The notes under the pieces: model-generated
Told to the model about the DNA's origin: nothing
Database searches by the model: none
Seen by the model: the letters and a program-made list of their open reading frames with translations, nothing else
Made by a program: the position numbers and the translations under genes
Assembly: GCA_964291495.2 (NCBI GenBank)
Contig: OZ219872.1
Span: 800,001-864,000 of the forward strand
Direction of reading: 5' to 3'
From: Dehalococcoidia bacterium
Lineage (GTDB): Bacteria > Chloroflexota > Dehalococcoidia > UBA2979
DNA: 64,000 nt
Shown: positions 58,657 to 64,000 of the stretch, in pieces
Layout: the number at the start of each line of letters is the position of its first letter
How positions within the stretch are numbered: the stretch's first letter is position 1

Positions 58657-59796
58657 ATGCCGCCTCCGACCTTCTACCTGCGGGCGACGATGCTGCCCCA
58701 CGGCGACGCGCCGAGCGACCTCTGGGTCGCCGACGGACGCATCCACACCCGCCCGATCGACGGCGCCGAGCGACTCGCGCCCGAGGGCGGCTACGTGCTG
58801 CCCGGCCTCGTCGACGCGCACGTCCACCTCGTAACCAACCGCGAGTACAAGGAGCTTCCGGCCGGGTCGCGCGAGGTCGTCGACCGCAATCGCGGCGACT
58901 TCCTGCGGCGCGGCGTGCTGCTCCTGCGCGACATGGGCGCGTTCACCCGCCACGACGCCGAGCGCCCCGCGACGCTCGGCCTGCCGCGCGACGACGGTCT
59001 GCCGCCCGTGATTGCCTCGGGCCAGCCGCTCGCACCGCAAGGCGTGTTCACCGGCATCCAGGAGCCGACCGCTCCCGAGCAGCTGGAGGCGCACGCCGCC
59101 CATCGCGCGCGCGATCAGCGCGCGCCCTGGGTGAAGGTGATCCTCGACAACTTCCCGCCGCACTTCGCGCCGGCCGTCGACGGCGTGCCGGGCATGGTGA
59201 ACTACCGCGCGCCGGAGCTGCGCGCCGCCGCGGAGGCCGTCCACGCGGCCGGCGCGCGCATCGCCGTGCATGCCTTTACCCACGAGGCCGCCGCCACCGC
59301 CGTCGCCGCGGGCGTCGACTCGATCGAGCACGGCTGGGGCCTCGACGAAGGGCTGGTCGAGGAGCTGGCGCGGCGCGGCATCGCCTGGACGCCCACGCTC
59401 GCGCTCGACGAGATGATGCTGGACATGGCGGCGGGCGGGCGCGGACAGCAACAGAGCGCGGCCGTCGAGCGCTGGCTGCGCGAGGCGATCGATCGCATCG
59501 AGCCGCTGATCGTGCGCGCCCGGCGGCTCGGCGTCCCGTTGCTCGCCGGCACCGACGGCGTCGAGCCCGTCACGCGCGAGGTCGCCCGCCTGCAGCGGGC
59601 GGGCCTCGAGCCGGCGGACGCCCTCGCGACCGCCTCGAGCGCCGCGCGCGCGCTGCTCGGCGAGCCCGGCCTGGAGGACGGCGCCCCCGCCGACCTCGTC
59701 TGGTTCGCGGACGACCCCCGCGAATCGCCGGAGCTGCTGGGGCGGCCGGGCCTGGTGCTGCTGCGCGGCGAGCGGGTCGACCTCGCGAGCGGGTAG
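58657..59796 (+). CDS. Amidohydrolase-family protein
   Basis: PGLVDAHVH, VKV, AVHA, SIEHG, AGTD, ADLV. Confidence 0.88.
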   Translation: MPPPTFYLRATMLPHGDAPSDLWVADGRIHTRPIDGAERLAPEGGYVLPGLVDAHVHLVTNREYKELPAGSREVVDRNRGDFLRRGVLLLRDMGAFTRHDAERPATLGLPRDDGLPPVIASGQPLAPQGVFTGIQEPTAPEQLEAHAAHRARDQRAPWVKVILDNFPPHFAPAVDGVPGMVNYRAPELRAAAEAVHAAGARIAVHAFTHEAAATAVAAGVDSIEHGWGLDEGLVEELARRGIAWTPTLALDEMMLDMAAGGRGQQQSAAVERWLREAIDRIEPLIVRARRLGVPLLAGTDGVEPVTREVARLQRAGLEPADALATASSAARALLGEPGLEDGAPADLVWFADDPRESPELLGRPGLVLLRGERVDLASG

Positions 59797-59865
59797 CGGC
59801 GACGCGCGCCACGGCGCAGACTCGGGCGGCGCGCCCAGCTTGAGCGCGGAAGCAGGAGCACGACG

Positions 59866-61053
59866 GTGAGCTGGTGGCCGAGCGCCGGAGGCGCAGCCTG
59901 GGACTGGGGCTGGACTCCCTACCCGGCCGTCTGGCTGCTGCTCATCGCGTTCGGGTGCGCCTACGCCCTGCTGGTGCGGTCGCTGCGCCCCGGCCGGCGC
60001 CGGACGGGTGATCCCGAGGTCAGCGCCGACCAGGTCGTGCTCTTCGCCGCGGGACTGGTGGTGCTCTGGGCCGCCCTCGACTGGCCGCTCGGGGCGCTCG
60101 CCGCCGGCTACCTGGCGAGCGGGAACGCGCTGCAGGACCTGCTGATCACGCTCGGCGCGGCGCCGCTGCTGCTGCTCGGGCTGCCGCGAGGCCGCCCCCG
60201 CCCGGAGCAGCCGCCGAGCGGACTTCGCGACATCGTCATGCAGCGCGTACGGCGCGCCCTCGGCTCGCCGGTGGTCGGCGGCGCGACATTTGGGATCACG
60301 CTCGCCATCACGCACCTGCCGGTCGTGGTGGACGCGCTGCGGCCCTCACCCTGGGGCTCGTTCGCGATCACGGCCGCCTGGCTCGGTGCTGCCACGGTGC
60401 TCTGGTCGCCGCTGGTCGGCCCGCTCGCGGGACGCCACCGACCCCCGTACCTCGTGGGGATGCTCTACCTCGTCGCGCCGTTCGTCTTCCCGAAGGTGGT
60501 GGGGGCCTTCTACCTCTTCCGCCAGGACCCGCTCTACGACGTCTACGAGGGCGCCCCGCGCGTCTGGGCCGACGTCACCGCCCACGGCGACCAGCAGGCG
60601 GCCGGCTTCCTGCTCTGGATCATCGGCAGCTTCATGGTGATCGCCGCGCTCGCCGTGCTGTTCTTCCGCTGGTACCAGGAGGACCGGCGGATGAGCACGC
60701 CCGACAGCCTCGAGGTGCCCGCCGACCCGCGCGCCGTCGATGCGCTGTTCGACGTGCCGGGCGGCTGGGCGGCGCTGGAGCGGCTGATCGCCAGCGTGCA
60801 GACGGCGCTGCCGCCTCGCTGGTCCGGCGCGGAGCTGACCTTCGCCTACCGCGAGCTGGGCGGCGAGGCGAACGAGACGCAGGTGATCCTGGAGCTGCAC
60901 GTCGCCCTCGACGGCCGCGCCGAGGCGCAACTGGCCCACGCAATCGAGACCGACTACGAGGCGCACCTCGCGTCGCTCCCGCCCCCGCGCCGCGAGCGGA
61001 TCGCCCGCCGAGTCGCCTTCCGCATCGTCGGGTACGGCAGCCGCGTCAGCTGA
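59866..61053 (+). CDS. CtaG-like cytochrome c oxidase assembly protein with extra C-terminal domain
   Basis: Multi-TM; LDWPL, APLLLLG, LYDVY..APR, DQQAAG.L.W. Confidence 0.7.
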   Translation: MSWWPSAGGAAWDWGWTPYPAVWLLLIAFGCAYALLVRSLRPGRRRTGDPEVSADQVVLFAAGLVVLWAALDWPLGALAAGYLASGNALQDLLITLGAAPLLLLGLPRGRPRPEQPPSGLRDIVMQRVRRALGSPVVGGATFGITLAITHLPVVVDALRPSPWGSFAITAAWLGAATVLWSPLVGPLAGRHRPPYLVGMLYLVAPFVFPKVVGAFYLFRQDPLYDVYEGAPRVWADVTAHGDQQAAGFLLWIIGSFMVIAALAVLFFRWYQEDRRMSTPDSLEVPADPRAVDALFDVPGGWAALERLIASVQTALPPRWSGAELTFAYRELGGEANETQVILELHVALDGRAEAQLAHAIETDYEAHLASLPPPRRERIARRVAFRIVGYGSRVS

Positions 61054-61152
61054 CGCGGCGGGATGATCCGCGTCGCAGCCACCGGCCCGATACTATGGCC
61101 CCCTGGAGTTCGGGAAGCTGCCCCAGCGGCGCGGCTACCGCGTGAGGTCAGG

Positions 61153-62889
61153 ATGCTCGTCAACGAGCACATACGCTACGAGCCGGAGGAGCGCGCTCCG
61201 CCCCTGCTGACGCTCGTCGTGGCCTCGCAGGGCATGCTGTTGGCGCTCTCCAACACGGTCACGCTCGTGACCATCTTCGCCGTGGCCTACAACGACGACG
61301 GGAGCTACCTCGCCTGGGCGGTCTTCGCCGCCCTGATCGTTGCCGGCATCGCCATGGCCCTCCAGGCCACGACACTCGGACGGCTCGGGCCCGGCTACAT
61401 TCACCTGATGGGCCCCGGCGCCCCGTTCCTGGCGGTGTGCGTGCTGGCGGTCAACGAGGGCGGCCTGCCGCTCATGTCGACCCTCGTGGTCGCGTCATCC
61501 CTGATCCAGTTCGCGGTGGCTGCCTGGCTTGCGCGACTACGGCGACTGATCACGCCTGTCGTCACGGGCGTCGCGTTCATGATGATCCCGCTCACCGCGA
61601 TTCCGATCGCGATCGACCGACTGGACGACGTGCCGGCGGCAGCGGATCCGGGGGCGGGGCTGGCGGTTGGTGGGGCGACGCTGGTCACGGTGGCGCTCCT
61701 GATGCTGCGCGGGTCCGGCCTGTGGCGCCTGCTGGCGATGCCGATAGCGATCGTGGTCGGGTGCACCGCCGCCGTCCCGCTCGGCGTGTACGACGCGCGG
61801 CGGGCGCTCGACGCTCCGTGGTTCGATCTCCCGGACTTCTCCGCGTGGCCGGGCTTCGGCCCGGTGCTGGACGAGGACTTCTGGGCGCTGCTGCTCGTCT
61901 TCTTCATCGTCAGCGCCGTCGTCGCCGTCAAGGCCAGCAACGAGGGCGCCGTGATTCAGCAGGCCTCGAGGCGCCGACCGCGCAGCATCGACTTTCGCGG
62001 CGCCCAGGGGACGATGAACGTCGGCGGCGTCGCGATCCTGCTCTCGGGCATCGCGGGGACGCCGCCCACGATCATCTACCTGCCGAGCACGATCGCGCTG
62101 ATTAACTTCACCGGGGTGGCGGCGCGCCGGGCCGGGATCGTCATGGGGCTGATGCTGATCGGGCTGGCCCTGCTGCCCAAGGTCGTGGCCGTTCTGCTCA
62201 CGATCCCCCGGCCCGTAACCGGAGCGCTGTTGATGATGGTGATGGGCATGCTCTTCGTCGAGGGGATGCGCACCGTCTTCCGGGACGGCCTCAACCAGCA
62301 ACGCGCCTTCATCGTCGGCGTATCGCTGTCGATCGCGATCGGCTTGCAGAGCCAGAACGTGCTCGCCGACATCATCGGCGGACCGTGGGGCGTAGCGCTC
62401 GGCAACAGCGTGGTGGTCGGCGTGCTCGCCGCGGTGCTGATGACGGTCGTCCTCGATATTGCGGGGTCACGCAGCAGGCGCCTGGACACGGAGCTGGACA
62501 GCTCGTCCTTCCCCGCTGTCGAGGCGTTCCTCCGCGAGCTCGGTTCCGGCATGGGCTGGAACCAGACCTCGACCGACCGGCTGTGCGCGGCGGGTGAGGA
62601 GACCCTGTCGACTATGCTGCAGCTGCGTGACGACTACGAGGGCGAGAAGCCGCCGCGCCTCGCGGTCATCGCGCGTCCCGGGGCCGGGACGGCCGAACTG
62701 GAGTTCCTGGCGGTGTTCTCGGAGGAGAATATCGAAGACCGTATCGCGTACATCAGCGAGCAGGCCGAGACGCCGGAGGTAGGCGACATCTCGTTCCGCC
62801 TGCTGCGCCACTACGCCTCCGCCGTCCGCCATCGCAAGTACTACGGCATCGACATCGTCACGGTGGAGATCGAGGGCTCGCGCCAGTGA
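61153..62889 (+). CDS. Xanthine/uracil (NCS2) permease-like protein with C-terminal soluble domain
   Basis: YEPEE..P, ITPVVTG, TGVAARR, LLPKV..LLTIP.PV.G; about 130 aa hydrophilic tail. Confidence 0.8.
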   Translation: MLVNEHIRYEPEERAPPLLTLVVASQGMLLALSNTVTLVTIFAVAYNDDGSYLAWAVFAALIVAGIAMALQATTLGRLGPGYIHLMGPGAPFLAVCVLAVNEGGLPLMSTLVVASSLIQFAVAAWLARLRRLITPVVTGVAFMMIPLTAIPIAIDRLDDVPAAADPGAGLAVGGATLVTVALLMLRGSGLWRLLAMPIAIVVGCTAAVPLGVYDARRALDAPWFDLPDFSAWPGFGPVLDEDFWALLLVFFIVSAVVAVKASNEGAVIQQASRRRPRSIDFRGAQGTMNVGGVAILLSGIAGTPPTIIYLPSTIALINFTGVAARRAGIVMGLMLIGLALLPKVVAVLLTIPRPVTGALLMMVMGMLFVEGMRTVFRDGLNQQRAFIVGVSLSIAIGLQSQNVLADIIGGPWGVALGNSVVVGVLAAVLMTVVLDIAGSRSRRLDTELDSSSFPAVEAFLRELGSGMGWNQTSTDRLCAAGEETLSTMLQLRDDYEGEKPPRLAVIARPGAGTAELEFLAVFSEENIEDRIAYISEQAETPEVGDISFRLLRHYASAVRHRKYYGIDIVTVEIEGSRQ

Positions 62890-62964
62890 TCGCACGCCGG
62901 TCTCAGTTCACACGCGTGTGCTGCACGGAGTTCGTGCAGGCACTTGATGAGAGGGGTTCCGCGC

Positions 62965-63252
62965 GTGAAGGGGTACATGTTCATAGACACCGAGATCTTC
63001 GATCAGGAGGTGTTCGCCGAATTCGCCGTCAAGATCGTCGACGCCATGGAGGCCCACGGCGGGCGGTTCCTGGTGCGAGGCGGGACCACCGAGGTCATCG
63101 ACGGCGACTGGGAGCCGAACCGCATCGTGATCATGGAGTTCGACAGCCTTGAGCGGGCTCAGGGGTTCGTGCGTTCGTCCGAGTACGGGGCGCTCCAGGA
63201 CCTTCGCGCGCGCTGCATGAACGCTCGGACGATGGTGGTCGAGGGGGTCTAA
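62965..63252 (+). CDS. DUF1330-family protein
   Basis: HGGRFLVRGG, DGDW.P.R.VI.EF.S, S.EY. Confidence 0.85.
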   Translation: MKGYMFIDTEIFDQEVFAEFAVKIVDAMEAHGGRFLVRGGTTEVIDGDWEPNRIVIMEFDSLERAQGFVRSSEYGALQDLRARCMNARTMVVEGV

Positions 63253-63355
63253 CCCCGACGCTGCCGTCCCGCGGCAACGCCCGAACTACCGGCTCCGCAC
63301 GCCGCCGTGAGACCGGGGCGGCCACGTCAGTTGACGCGGCCGCCGTCGGGCCTCG

Positions 63356-64000
63356 CTAGTCCGTGCGGTAGAGGTAGCGGATGTCCCAGAGGCCGTAGAG
63401 CGTCGGTGTGGTATTGCCGAAGACGTTGCGCACGGCGCTGAGCCGCTCGGACAGCGTCGTGTAGATCAGCGGCACCTGCTCGGCGGAGATCGCCTGGGCG
63501 CGTCGGTAGTGCTCCGCGCGCTTCTCGCGATCGAGCTCCTGGCTTCCGAGGATGTAGAGCTCGTCGATCTCGGCCTCCCAGTCCGTCGCCGGTTCCTCCT
63601 GGCTCGGATTCCACATGTGCAGGGGGCCGCTGCTGTGCCAGACGTTCATGCCGCCGTGCGGCTCCGTTCCGCCGGTCAGGCCGATCACGATCGCCTCCCA
63701 CTCGTACGAGGTGGTCAGCTGCGAGACGAGCTCGCCGAAGTCGATCGCCCGGTAGTCCGCCGCGAGGCCGACCTCGGCCAGACCCTCGGCGATCAGCGCC
63801 GCCACCCGCTCGCGGACGCTGTTGCCCTCGTTCGTGGCGAGCGAGAACGCGATCGGGTTGCCCTCGCCGTCCTCGCGCACGCCGTCCCCGTCGCGGTCCG
63901 TCCAGCCGAGCGCGTCGAGCAGGTCATTGGCCGCCTCCACGTCGTACTCGTACCTGCGCACGTCGGGGTTGTGGAAGACGCCGGCGGAGGGGCTGATGTG
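63356..64000 (-). CDS. ABC transporter substrate-binding protein (family 5), 5' end outside window
   Basis: YDVEAANDLLDALGW.DRDGDGVRE, WEAEID, E..P.IY. Confidence 0.88.
   Translation of the reverse strand, partial: HISPSAGVFHNPDVRRYEYDVEAANDLLDALGWTDRDGDGVREDGEGNPIAFSLATNEGNSVRERVAALIAEGLAEVGLAADYRAIDFGELVSQLTTSYEWEAIVIGLTGGTEPHGGMNVWHSSGPLHMWNPSQEEPATDWEAEIDELYILGSQELDREKRAEHYRRAQAISAEQVPLIYTTLSERLSAVRNVFGNTTPTLYGLWDIRYLYRTD

Overview
High-GC bacterial chromosome segment with about 60 genes and no rRNA, tRNA, CRISPR, integrase or transposase gene that I can see. Expanded paralog families (CaiB/BaiF CoA-transferases, crotonases, SDRs, luciferase-like monooxygenases, nitronate monooxygenases, SnoaL/NTF2) suggest a Chloroflexota/Dehalococcoidia (SAR202-like) heterotroph, which is inference only. 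Recognisable housekeeping blocks are gcvT-H-PA-PB, amtB-glnK-glnD, ccr, gltA, treT/otsB-otsA, ogt and an orphan Dam-family methyltransferase. Most notable: (1) a lower-GC three-gene island (ParB/Srx-domain protein, Mrr-like PD-(D/E)XK-type protein, D12-class adenine methyltransferase; 38820-41840), a candidate undescribed restriction-modification-like defence system; (2) a peroxiredoxin-like selenoprotein (UxxC, with a SECIS-like hairpin) that the ORF track splits in two; (3) a co-directional string with two tiny desulforedoxin-like proteins, three CoA-transferases and an active/inactive pair of ferritin-like diiron proteins, interrupted by a protease gene flanked by a duplicated gene end; (4) an orphan promoter-to-hairpin unit that may be a structured ncRNA; (5) a modular family of palindromic intergenic repeats, including about 165-bp inverted repeats around a HAD-ogt cassette.
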